This document shows positions 1-14,136 of a stretch of DNA of 33,089 bases, piece after piece. The notes under the pieces are model-generated. The model made no database searches. It saw only the letters and a program-made list of their open reading frames with translations, and was not told the origin of the DNA. Each line of letters begins with the position of its first letter. The stretch's first letter is position 1. This DNA comes from Bugula neritina (Eukaryota; Animalia; Bryozoa): assembly GCA_964035545.1 (NCBI GenBank), contig CAXIUT010000057.1, positions 175,896 to 208,984 on the forward strand. The letters run 5' to 3'. The translations under genes and the position numbers were made by a program.

Positions 1-96
1 CCCAACCCCAACCCCAACCCCAACCCCAACCCCAACCCCAACCCCAACCCCAACCCCCAACCCCAACCCCAACCCCAACCCCAACCCCAACCCCAA
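1..96. repeat. Telomere, (CCCCAA)n = C4A2/G4T2 repeats; chromosome end
   Basis: About 16 tandem CCCCAA units from base 1, with one CCCCCAA variant near 54-60. This is the repeat known from oligohymenophorean ciliates such as Tetrahymena. Confidence 0.98.
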
Positions 97-241
97 ACCA
101 AACCTGAATCAAATTGAATCAAATGCTAAAATATTTTATTAAATTTCTATTTCAATATTAAATAATTAATAATTGATTATTTCATTATCCTAATTAAAAT
201 AACACTATTCTAAGATTCTATTGAATATTAATTATAGAAAG

Positions 242-3597
<3,356 letters not shown>

Positions 3598-4057
3598 TCT
3601 ATTTTCAAAGTAATATAAATCATATCATCGATAATTTTTGATATATTTTTGTTATATTTTAGTAAACAAAATTAATATTGAAAGAGATTTTAAAAAATTC
3701 TCATATATCTTTGTGCAAAAAGTTGGTTCGATAGTTTATCTTTCGAATGCTTTTTTATTAAAGTATTTTGAAGAAAAAGAAAAAAAAAATATCAGACTAT
3801 GAATATAAATTGAGATAAATATCGTTGAGATCGATTAATTTTTTATCCATTAATATTCAATATTTATTTTAAACTCATCATAATCTTCAATAAATAAAAA
3901 TTAATTTTTTATTCACAATAAAAATACTTTTCAAGCAATCTCAAGAAGTTCATAGACATAATTGAAATTTTAATTTATTTTATTATCCATAAACCAGTAA
4001 TTTTTTAATATTAATTATTAGAATAAAAAGAGCTTAATAATTTAAAAAACTCCCGAG

Positions 4058-5157
4058 ATGTTAGATAAAAAACTTGTCTTATCATCAGCTATAATCATCA
4101 TAGCTATTGGATCTGTAGTGAAGATACAAAATCATCAAGAAGATAGCTGTTATTGCACGACTTCTGATCCACCTTTTTAATTTTCTACTTGTACTTCCGA
4201 GGATGATAGTTCTACTTGTATCACTGGACCTGGAACTTTCTGTTATTAAGTGTTGGATAAAATAGGATCTGATTGTTCAGTAATTTTTGATCCGTTTTAT
4301 CTAAACAATGGCATTATTGGGAATTGTAAACAATATATTTCAGAAGAAAATGATGCGGAAGTAATTTATTGCTGTGGTAAGAAATGTTCTTCTCCATAAC
4401 CTCTTCCAGCTGAAGATAACTGTTTCTGCCCTATGAAGATTCAACTAACAGTGTTGATGTTTGGACTTGCTAAGATGTCAATGGAATGCCAAAATACTGC
4501 AAAAATGGTCCTGGAAGTCAGTGCAGAACTACTCTAGAAGCTAGTACTGACTCTCGTGAAGATGTTTGTTCTAACTTGGGAAGTAGTGACAGCTGTTATA
4601 GCTAGAATGGTGTTCTTTGTTGTCCTAAAGACTGTTCCTAATCTCCTCCACCACCTCTTCCAACTCCAGATGAAGACTAGAACTGTTTCTGTTCCTTTGA
4701 GAGTGGATAGAATGAGTTGGACATCTGGACTTGTGAGTCTGATGATGGTAGTGAACCAATGAACTGTGTCAAAGACTCAGACTCAGACTGTTGGAGTGAC
4801 TTGCCTTCCTTCTTGGGAATGTCTTATGAAGCTACTTGTGAAAATATGGCCATTGATTCAAGTTGTAGAAACCTGGATGGAAGTGTTTTGTGTTGTCCTA
4901 AGCCTTGTTCTGAGACTCCACCTCCTCCAATGCAAGATTGTGAGTAAAAGTTGAGTGAGAAAAGAGACTGTGCTAATAAACCCAATCCTTCTAACTGTCT
5001 TTCAAGAGTGGCTATCAGATGTGCTGTATTAGATGCAAGGAGGACTTGTCGAGAGGAAAGGAATGTGAAAAGGAATTGCAAAGGAAGATCAAACAAATCA
5101 GCAAGAAGGCGTTGCAGAAGGAATGTTCGAGAGTTTTGCAAGAACAAGTTCAACTGA
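4058..5157 (+). CDS. Secreted Cys-rich modular protein, family copy 1; carries a 1-nt deletion at ~4432 (assembly error or pseudogene)
   Basis: Signal peptide MLDKKLVLSSAIIIIAIG, three 10-Cys domains and a basic tail. Reads tgccctatgaa where the other four copies read tgcccttatgaa. Span is 1100 nt, not a multiple of 3. Confidence 0.85.
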
Positions 5158-5338
5158 TTCTGATCAATCAATCCAATCAATATCGACATTCTAACTCAAA
5201 CCATCTCAATCTTTTTTATAAAATTAATATAATTTGATTTTGGTTAAAAACCATCTAGTTTTTAGATAATTCAAAAAAAGGTTTATCTTCAATCACAGAT
5301 ATATTACATTATTTACATATTAGTTTTTTTAGTGAAGA

Positions 5339-6457
5339 ATGAAAGCAGTAAAACTCCTTTTGGTTACTTTACTCTTGACCGTGGTGGCTGGCTAGATTCT
5401 TAAATCCAACTACCATCATCAGCCTGAACCTGACTGCTTCTGTCATTAGCTATTTCCCGCTTTGGATTTGTTAACTTGCTAGTCAGTTGATGCTGCTGGT
5501 GATGGAGTAAACTGTCAAAATGGAGCTGGCAGTTTGTGTCATGACTCAGTTCAATCACTTATAGATTCTGAATCTTTTACTTTTGATTTTTATTGTCAAA
5601 CATCTGGGAGGAAAATAAACTAATTAGGTTTACCAAAATGTACATTATTCATAATTGGATAGCCATAATATTGTTGCTTTGAACATTGTTCTACACCACC
5701 TCTTGCAGCTGAAGATAACTGTTTCTGCCCTTATGAAGACTCAGCTAACAGTTTTGATGTTTGGACTTGCTAAGATGTCAATGGAATGCCAAAATACTGC
5801 AAAAATGGTCCTGGAACTCAATGCAGAACTACTCTAGAAGCTAGCACTGACTCTCGTGAAGATGTTTGTTCTAACTTGGGAAGTAGTGACAGTTGCTATA
5901 GCTAGAGTGGTGTTCTTTGTTGTCCTAAAGACTGTTCCTAATCTCCTCCGCCACCTCTTCCAACTCCAGATGAAGACTAGAACTGTTTCTGTTCCTTTGA
6001 GAGTGGATAGAATGAGTTGGACATCTGGACTTGTGAGTCTGATGATGGTAGTGAACCAATGAACTGTGTCAAAGACTCAGACTCAGACTGTTGGAGTGAC
6101 TTGCCTTCCTTCTTGGGAATGTCTTATGAAGCTACTTGTGAAAATATGGCAATGGACTCAAGTTGTAGAAACCTGGATAGTAGTGTCTTATGTTGTCCAA
6201 AGCCTTGTTCTGAGACTCCACCTCCTCCAATGCAAGATTGTGAGTAAAAGTTGAACGAGAAAAGAGACTGTGCTAATAAACCCAATCCTTCTAACTGTCT
6301 TTCAAGAGTGGCTATCAGATGTGCTGTATTAGATGCAAGAAGAGCTTGTAGAGAGGAAAGGAATGTGAAAAAAAATTGCAAAGGAAGATCAAACAAATCA
6401 GCAAGAAGGCGTTGCAGAAGGAATGTTCGAGAGTTTTGCAAGAACAAGTTCAACTGA
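5339..6457 (+). CDS. Secreted Cys-rich modular protein, family copy 2 (372 aa, intact)
   Basis: MKAVKLLLVTLLLTVVAG signal peptide; open frame (TAR=Glu) to TGA; ends ...REFCKNKFN. Confidence 0.92.
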
Positions 6458-6849
6458 TTCTGATCAATCAATCAATCAATCAATCAATATAGACATTTTA
6501 ATTTTAATACTTATTGATTATCTAACAGTTTGTATACCTAAATTCGATTCATCATTTATTTAAGATAAAAACAATTCAAAGAAATATACAAAAAGATCAA
6601 ATAAAAATACTTTGAATAGAAGAGATTATCAAGATAAGTAAAAATAAAAAAAACTATAGTTTAGATTAATATCTTCAAGTTATTTTAAGATCTTCAAAAA
6701 CAGTAGGAACTTGCTTGAATCAATTCTTTATTTAAAATATTTAAAAGCTTTCTCTTTCACTTTATCTTTATTATTTTTACCTTTTTCAATTAACTTGTTT
6801 CTTAATTTTAAAGAAAACAATAGATAGAAGAGTATTCAATCAGAATGTT

Positions 6850-7637
6850 TTCTTTAAATATACTGAAAATGAAGTGACAATTTGTAGTCTTTGTTCTGAG
6901 ATGAAGAATATTCTACTCTTTCCTTATTCTTCAGCTTTTCGCTAAACACTGAATAATATCTTTTGTACTATATTAATGAATACAAGATAAAGTATCAATG
7001 ATATTTGCCCTTTTCTTCATTAAAGTTCTTGAAATAATTATATTGATATGAGATTTATAAATCATACTTCCCAAAATATCTCTTAACTCTAAGTTTTCTT
7101 TATTGAAATATTTTGTAAATATTTTTCAACAATTATTTTAAAACAACATTAAAACAATATCATTAGTATTAACTAAGATTAAGATCATTAAAAAAATCAA
7201 TTTATTAGTTTTATAAATTTTCAGATAAATTTTCTTCATCTTGAACTAATATTAAAGCTATCAATTATCCTCTTATCATTAGTTGTATTATTAAAAATAG
7301 AACTTATCAATTGAAATATTTGCACCTTGTAGAAGAACTCTTACCGCAATAAAAACTTGATTTTGTGGAAAGTCCAAAGCTTCTTTCTTCCTTCCTGCAT
7401 ATCCTCAAAGATCGACAATGTTCTTGTTGATGACTTTTACTCCATCATGATCTCCACATAAAAAATAAAAAAGATAAATTAACCTAAAAAACACTTTTTA
7501 AAGCTTTGGAGATAACCCTAAGAAATTCTAATAAGATTTTTGTTAAGAATATTTCTATCAAAATTTTACCTGTAAGTTTTTGTGATATTAATTGATAAAA
7601 CTCAAAATAGTCCAATAATTTTAATATAAGTTTAGAG
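6850..7637. repeat. Diverged upstream spacer of the duplication unit, homologous to ~9050-9831 and (inverted) ~15265-15850
   Basis: Shared blocks such as tttattagttttata, attaaagct, tcattagtt and ccatcatgat occur in the same order upstream of copies 3, 4 and 5. Confidence 0.75.
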
Positions 7638-8750
7638 ATGCTAAGCATAAAACTTACTTTGTTCATGATCCTTATAGCTATGGCTATGGCTTAGGTGGTA
7701 AAAGTAAACTACCATTAGCCAGTAGATGGCTGTTCTTGTCCTAACTAGTAACCCTCCTTTGATTATCAACTTTGTCAAGGATTTGATGAAGTAGGAAACG
7801 GGATAGATTGTGAGCCAAGTGGACCTAATACTCACTGTACTCAGTATATTTACAATACCGGTCTCTGTTTCAGATTTTTTCTTGATGAATAATGTCATAG
7901 AGCAGAAACAATAGTAAATGAACAGGGATAAACTATATTCTTGGGGTACTGTTGTACTGAAGCATGTGTGAGCCCTCCTCCACCACCTCTACCAGCTGAA
8001 GATAACTGTTTCTGCCCTTATGAAGATTCAGCTAACAGTGTTGATGTTTGGACTTGCTAAGATGTCAATGGAGTGCCAAAATACTGCAAAAATGGTCCTG
8101 GAAGTCAGTGCAGAACTACTCTAGAAGCTAGCACTGACTCTCGCGAAGATGTTTGTTTTAATTTGGGAAGGATTGATAGCTGCTATAGCTAGAGTGGTGT
8201 TCTTTGTTGTCCTAAAGACTGTTCCTAATCTCCTCCTCCACCTCTTCCAACTCCAGATGAAGACTAGAACTGTTTCTGTTCCTTTGAGAGTGGATAGAAT
8301 GAGTTGGACATCTGGACTTGTGAGTCTGATGATGGTAGTGAACCAATGAACTGTGTCAAAGATTCAGACTCAGATTGTTGGAGTGACTTGCCTTCCTTCT
8401 TGGGAATGTCTTATGAAGCTACTTGTGAAAATATGGCTATGGATTCTAACTGCAAAAGTCTTAACCTGGATGGAAGTGTTTTATGTTGTCCTAAGCCTTG
8501 TTCTGAGACTCCACCTCCTCCAATGCAAGATTGTGAGTAAAAGTTGAGTGAGAAAAGAGACTGTGCTAACAAACCCAATCCTTCTGACTGTCTTTCAAGA
8601 GTGGCTATCAGATGTGCTGTATTAGATGCAAGAAGAGCTTGTCGAGAGGAAAGGAAGGAGAAAAGGAATTGCAAAGGAAGATCAAGCAGACAAGCAAGAA
8701 GACGTTGCAGAAGGAACGTCAGAGAATTTTGTAAGAACAAGTTCAACTGA
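7638..8750 (+). CDS. Secreted Cys-rich modular protein, family copy 3 (370 aa, intact)
   Basis: MLSIKLTLFMILIAMAMA signal peptide; open frame to TGA; same domain layout. Confidence 0.92.
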
Positions 8751-9831
8751 TCCTGATCAATAAATCTAATCCATATTGAAATTTCTATATTAACTATTTA
8801 TCCTTAATATAATAAGCTTGTTTCCTCTAAGTCAGATAAGTTATAAGAGTAGATGTCTGAAACTTAAAGAAAGAAAAACTCAAAAAAATACCAAGATAAA
8901 TCAGTTAAAAATCCTGTCAAGATTAAGAGATTTTCAAAATAGTGAAAAGAAGAAGGCTAAAACTCATCAATTAAATGTCTTCAATCTTTAAAAACTATAT
9001 TTATCTCAGAATTTTATGATTTTTTTTCTCAATTGTAAAAAAAGAATTTGATTAGAAGTGTTTAATCACAATTTTTTCTTGAAATATCTTGAAAAATATT
9101 CTATAGTTTTCAGTCTTTGTTCCGAAATGATGTATATTCTGCCATTTTCATTTTCTTCAGCTTATAGCTAACATTGATCTCTTTTTATCTTATTATTGAT
9201 ACAATTTTAAGTTAAAATAATATTTAATATTTGATTAATATAAATCATTAGGTTTATCTTTCAATGCTTTAATAGTATTTACTCGGGATACCTCTTAACT
9301 GTAAGTTTCTTGTTTCGAAAATATTTAAAATAAATTCTGAATAATTTAAATATAAACTACATAAAAACACTTTTATCTTCATAAATTAAGATGAATAGCA
9401 TCACAAAGGTCAATTTATTAGTTTTATAAAATTTTCGATAAAAATTTCTTTTTGAACTAAAATTAAAGCTGTTATTTATTTACCCTTTTCTCATTAGTTG
9501 CATTATTCAAAGATGAAAAGTACGAACAGTAATATTTCTTTTTGATATGAAATCCTTATCAAAACGATAACCTAATTTTTAGATACTCCTAAGCTTCTTT
9601 ATCCTTTCATGCCTCGTCTCAACTCCTAATAGTGTTCTCATAGATGGTCAGAAAACCATCATGATGTCCGCGGAAAAAAATAAAATATTCCGATTCATGA
9701 GAAGAATTCTAGAAGCCTTGATAAAGTTTAAGATCATCTGATTTATTCTTCCACTTTTACCATAAAGTTTGTTGCGATATAAATTGATAAACTAAAAAGA
9801 AGAATTCAATAATTTTATTTTAAGTTCAGAG

Positions 9832-10953
9832 ATGTCAAACATAAAGTTTGCTTTGTTCTTGGTCCTCATAGCTATAGCTGCAGGCTAGATAGTGAAAATA
9901 AACTACCATCAGTTAGGAACAAACTGTTGGTGTCCTGATTTGGCTCCACGATTGACTTCGTGGACTTGCCCTCAAACCGCTCTAGTAGGTGTGATTAATC
10001 GACCAGCTGATACATCCCAATGTACCACTGGACCTGGTACAGCATGCTAAACGCTCTTTAACACTCTAAATGGACAGGGAGGAGCAGGTTTTGCTTGTCA
10101 AATTTTGGAATACGACTATTCAGAAAATGAATGTCGATAAAGTAGCTCTGGTTCAACCTAATATTGCTGTCCCTTCGCTTGTCCACCACCTCTTCCAGCT
10201 GAAGATAACTGTTTCTGCCCTTATGAAGATTCAACAGATAGTGTTGATATTTGGACTTGCTAAGATGTCAATGGAGTGCCAAAATACTGCAAAAATGGTC
10301 CTGGAAGTCAGTGCAGAACTACTCTAGAAGCTAGCACTGACTCTCGCGAAGATGTTTGTTTTAATTTGGGAAGGATTGATAGCTGCTATAGCTAGAGTGG
10401 TGTTCTTTGTTGTCCTAAAGACTGTTCCTAATCTCCTCCTCCACCTCTTCCAACTCCAGATGAAGACTAGAACTGTTTCTGTTCCTTTGAGAGTGGATAG
10501 AATGAGTTGGACATCTGGACTTGTGAGTCTGATGATGGTAGTGAACCAATAAACTGTGTCAAAGACTCTGACTCAGACTGTTGGAGTGACTTACCTTCCT
10601 TCTTGGGAATGTCTTATGAAGCTACTTGTGAAAATATGGCTATGGATTCTAACTGCAAAAGTCTTAACCAAGATGGAAGTGTTTTGTGTTGTCCTAAGCC
10701 TTGTTCTGAGACTCCACCTCCTCCAATGCAAGATTGTGAGTAAAAGCTGAGTAAGAAAAGAGATTGTGCTAACAGACCCAATCCTCAGTTCTGTCTTTCA
10801 AGAGTAGCGATCAGATGTGCGAGATTAGACGCAAGGAGAATTTGCAGAAAACAAAAGAGAGAGAAAAGGAATTGCAAAGGAAAGCCAAGTAGATATGCAA
10901 GAAGGCGCTGCAGATGGAATGTTCGACGATAATGCAGGAGAAAATTCAGATGA
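9832..10953 (+). CDS. Secreted Cys-rich modular protein, family copy 4 (373 aa, intact)
   Basis: MSNIKFALFLVLIAIAAG signal peptide; open frame to TGA; ends ...RRECRRKFR. Confidence 0.92.
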
Positions 10954-11593
10954 TCCAATCAATTTATCCAATACATATTAAGATTTTGATCACAATCATT
11001 TTCTAACAAACTTGTATTTCCTCAGTTCGATATTTTTTTTGAAGAATAAATCAATGGTTTTAAAGAATAAAAATAAATTTCTAAGCTTAAAGAACAAAAA
11101 TTCAAATAAAGGCCGAAAAAAACAAATCAAAAAAAATTAAACTGAGAAGAAGAAATGATCAAGAAGTACTAAAAGAATAAATCTAATATTCAAGTTGAAA
11201 TTATTGAAGCACTTATAATACCCATAACAATAGCAGTTATAAAATTGATTAAATCCTTTAAATCAGTTATTTATTTCAAGATAGTGAGTAATTTCTTTCT
11301 CAATTACTTTTATCTTTTTGGTTCTTTGAGTTCATATCTAGAATATAATATTAGAACTTAGAAATATATTTTGTCTTCATCAAATAAAATCAATCGCTTT
11401 TAAAAATATATATAAAGACTGATAAAACTTTTTGAATTAATGTTTGTCGAATAAGATAAATAGTAAAAGGACTATGATGAAATCCAATCAAGATAAAAAG
11501 CTGATTTTTTTCTTAAATTTGAAATAAATATCTATCTTTATAATCATCTATTTCAATACCAATTAATATTCATTGATTTATCCATAATTAAAT

Positions 11594-11906
11594 ATGGAGA
11601 AGGACTATCACAAATCAAAGAAATATACCAAGTACTTCACCCTTACTAAGCGATGAACTAACCAACCTTGATATTCCATATAAATTTCGGGACTTTTGCC
11701 AATAAGACTATGCAGATTACATTTCTTGCGTGAGGACTCATCCAAGAGTATTTGAAAATTTATTTTTCTATTCGATTCCTTTCAGTGAAGGACTGTCGAG
11801 TTGTAAAGTGTTTAGACGGAAGTGGCAGAAATGCTAAGAATATCGAGAGAAGGAATTGTTCGAATAGATGAAGAAGATATACGATTTGCAAAGAGATTTA
11901 GTCTGA
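11594..11906 (+). CDS. NDUFB7: NADH:ubiquinone oxidoreductase subunit B18 (NDUFB7)-like, 97 aa; 19-nt intron at 11632-11650
   Basis: LDIPYKFRDFCQEDYADYISCVR...SSCKVFRRKWQKCEEYRE is a twin CX9C with the RDxC signature. Intron gtacttcacccttactaag joins the ATG exon in frame. Confidence 0.75.
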
Positions 11907-12190
11907 TAGAAGTTCCTTGATATTGATTAGTTTGATAAACTGATTTAAAACTTGTTTACTAAAATATATATTGAGTCAATACTCATTTTTTAAGTTTTAA
12001 AATGTTGACTACTATTCAGATAGAATCGCTATTTATATACTAAAGTATCATCCTAAAGCTAAAATTACGATTGAATAAATATTCCATATAATTAATTTTA
12101 TAAAATTGATTAAACTACCTATATATGTACATATTTATTATTCTTTTAGTTATATTTTGATAATTATACAATCAAGTATAAAGTACAAAA

Positions 12191-13827
12191 ATGCAGGAAA
12201 ACCTCTAAGGAGTCAGAATTAAATCCTATAACTTTCTAAGAGTACTAGGCAAAGGACAATTCGCAACCGTCTATGAAGCCTACAACGAACAAAACAACAC
12301 CACTGTGGCAGTCAAAGCTATATCCATGGCTCAGTTCAAACAACCCATCATCAAAGAACTAACACAATCAGAGGTCAAAATAATGAAGCTACTCAGAGAC
12401 AACCCTAACATCATCAAATTTATCGATAACTTCAAAACTGATAATTCCGTCCTCATAGTTATGGAATATTGCGAACAAGGAACTCTTGAATAGTACACGA
12501 AAAAACATGGAAGACTAACATAGGACAAAGCTACACATTTTCTCAAACAAATTATCAACGGATTCAAAGGGCTGCACTAGAAAAATGTTATCCATCGAGA
12601 CTTTAAATCAGCAAATGTACTTCTGAAAGGAGGAGTAGCCAAGATAGCTGACCTAGGATTTGCTAAAATGCTATCAAATAGTCTATAAATGGCACATACA
12701 CAACTAGGAACATCACTAACTATGGCTCCTTAAGTTCATGAAGGGAGTCCATATGGTCTAAAGGCAGATATATGGTCGCTAGGAGTGGTATACTACCAGT
12801 TGATCTACAATAGATATCCTTATTTGGGAAGAGATGATAACTAAATTTATAAAATGATGAAGTACCCTCCTAATTTTTCTGGAATTAATATCAGTGCAAA
12901 GTCTAAAGATTTTATTTCTCGATGTTTGACTTTTAACCCAGACAAAAGAATCTCATGGGCTGAGGTTTATAGACACAGATTAATTACAGAAGAAGAAAAA
13001 GCTAAATATGGAGTGATGACAGGTGTGGACATGTCAAAAAATATGTCTTTTTACGACAAATATAAAGAAAAAGATATTTCTAAAGAAAAATTATTTAATA
13101 TCAGTGAAACAGAACTCGAACTCCAGCAATAACAACAGTTAAAGGAAATATAACTCTAGAAATTCAAGTTTTTCAACTAAAAGAAAAAGAAGAATACAGC
13201 TTTATTAGAAAAATACAAGCTAATTTATCTTAACTTCAGAAACAATCATGTATTTCCTTTCAAGTATATTTTGCCTCACGTAAATACCATCCTCTCTATC
13301 AAGGCGAACCATCCTTTATATTTGTACATTATATGTAAAAAATCATACCATGACATTCTTGTCTTTTATGATCTTCTAAAGGAAAAGCCAATTTTTTGAA
13401 TCTTGAGCCAGGTTTTTAAGAATTTTCAGAGAGTCAAGTCTATAAAGAACTAAAACAGATGGTTGAATAAGATGTCTGTGTAGTTAAGTTTCAAACTATT
13501 TAGTATTTAAAATCTGTTAAGGAAGTTGATGGAGAGTCAAAAAAAGAACTAGAGTTAGATACTATAAATAACAAGCAATGGGATAAATATGTCAAATCGA
13601 TGATATAGAACTATGAATACATTTTAATGTAAAACCTCGATGTGCTGAAAGATGAATTTCAAGAGAAATTGATTCTGGTGATTGAAGCTTTGAACTATCT
13701 GAAGAATAATTAAGAAGACAAAAAGTTCGAGGTATTCGACAAAAGATTATCAGAACTAAACTTCAAGCATGCAATCGAAATAATAAATGCAAAACTAGCT
13801 TATGTTTGGAATAAATACCAGCAGTGA
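12191..13827 (+). CDS. Ser/Thr protein kinase (ULK/ATG1-like ciliate family); apparent -1 frameshift near 13355-13397 in the C-terminal extension
   Basis: GKGQFATVY, VAVK, HRDFKSANVLL, DLG, MAP(TAA=E), ADIWSLG. The kinase frame hits TGA at 13397, but a protein-like frame continues to TGA at 13825-13827. Confidence 0.88.
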
Positions 13828-14136
13828 TTGTGATTAAGTAACTTTTGATAAAAATATTATTAACTATATTTTATGATTAATTTAAATTTATGATTTGTTC
13901 GAGGATTTACTCTATATCATTCGGGTGAGTATTTCATTTCTTTGAACTAAAATGGATATCTAGGCATAAAGTCATGATTACTGTTTGAATAGCTCTAATA
14001 GATAATAAATTTTTAAAATCATTCAAAAAAACACAAAAAAGTAACAATCTAAAAGTATAGATCAAATTATTACTGAGATAATTTAAATATTGATTCTTGT
14101 AATAATTTAAAAATATATTTGTTTTATTGATCAAGA

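Noticed and set aside
4433-4762. Long alternative-frame and antisense ORFs repeated in each family copy (MKMFVLTWEVV..., ...FLLQRLLA...)
   Set aside because: Expected when TGA is the only stop and the DNA is near-identical between copies; no independent evidence of coding.
6463-6488. (ATCA)n run after the copy 2 stop codon
   Set aside because: Simple microsatellite expansion of the gatcaat sequence also present after copies 1 and 3.
4400-10953. Constant repeats alternating with unique segments, as in a CRISPR array or DGR-like cassette
   Set aside because: The repeats are ~750-nt coding halves of paralogous eukaryotic genes. There is no cas or reverse-transcriptase gene, and the variation includes indels rather than being adenine-specific.
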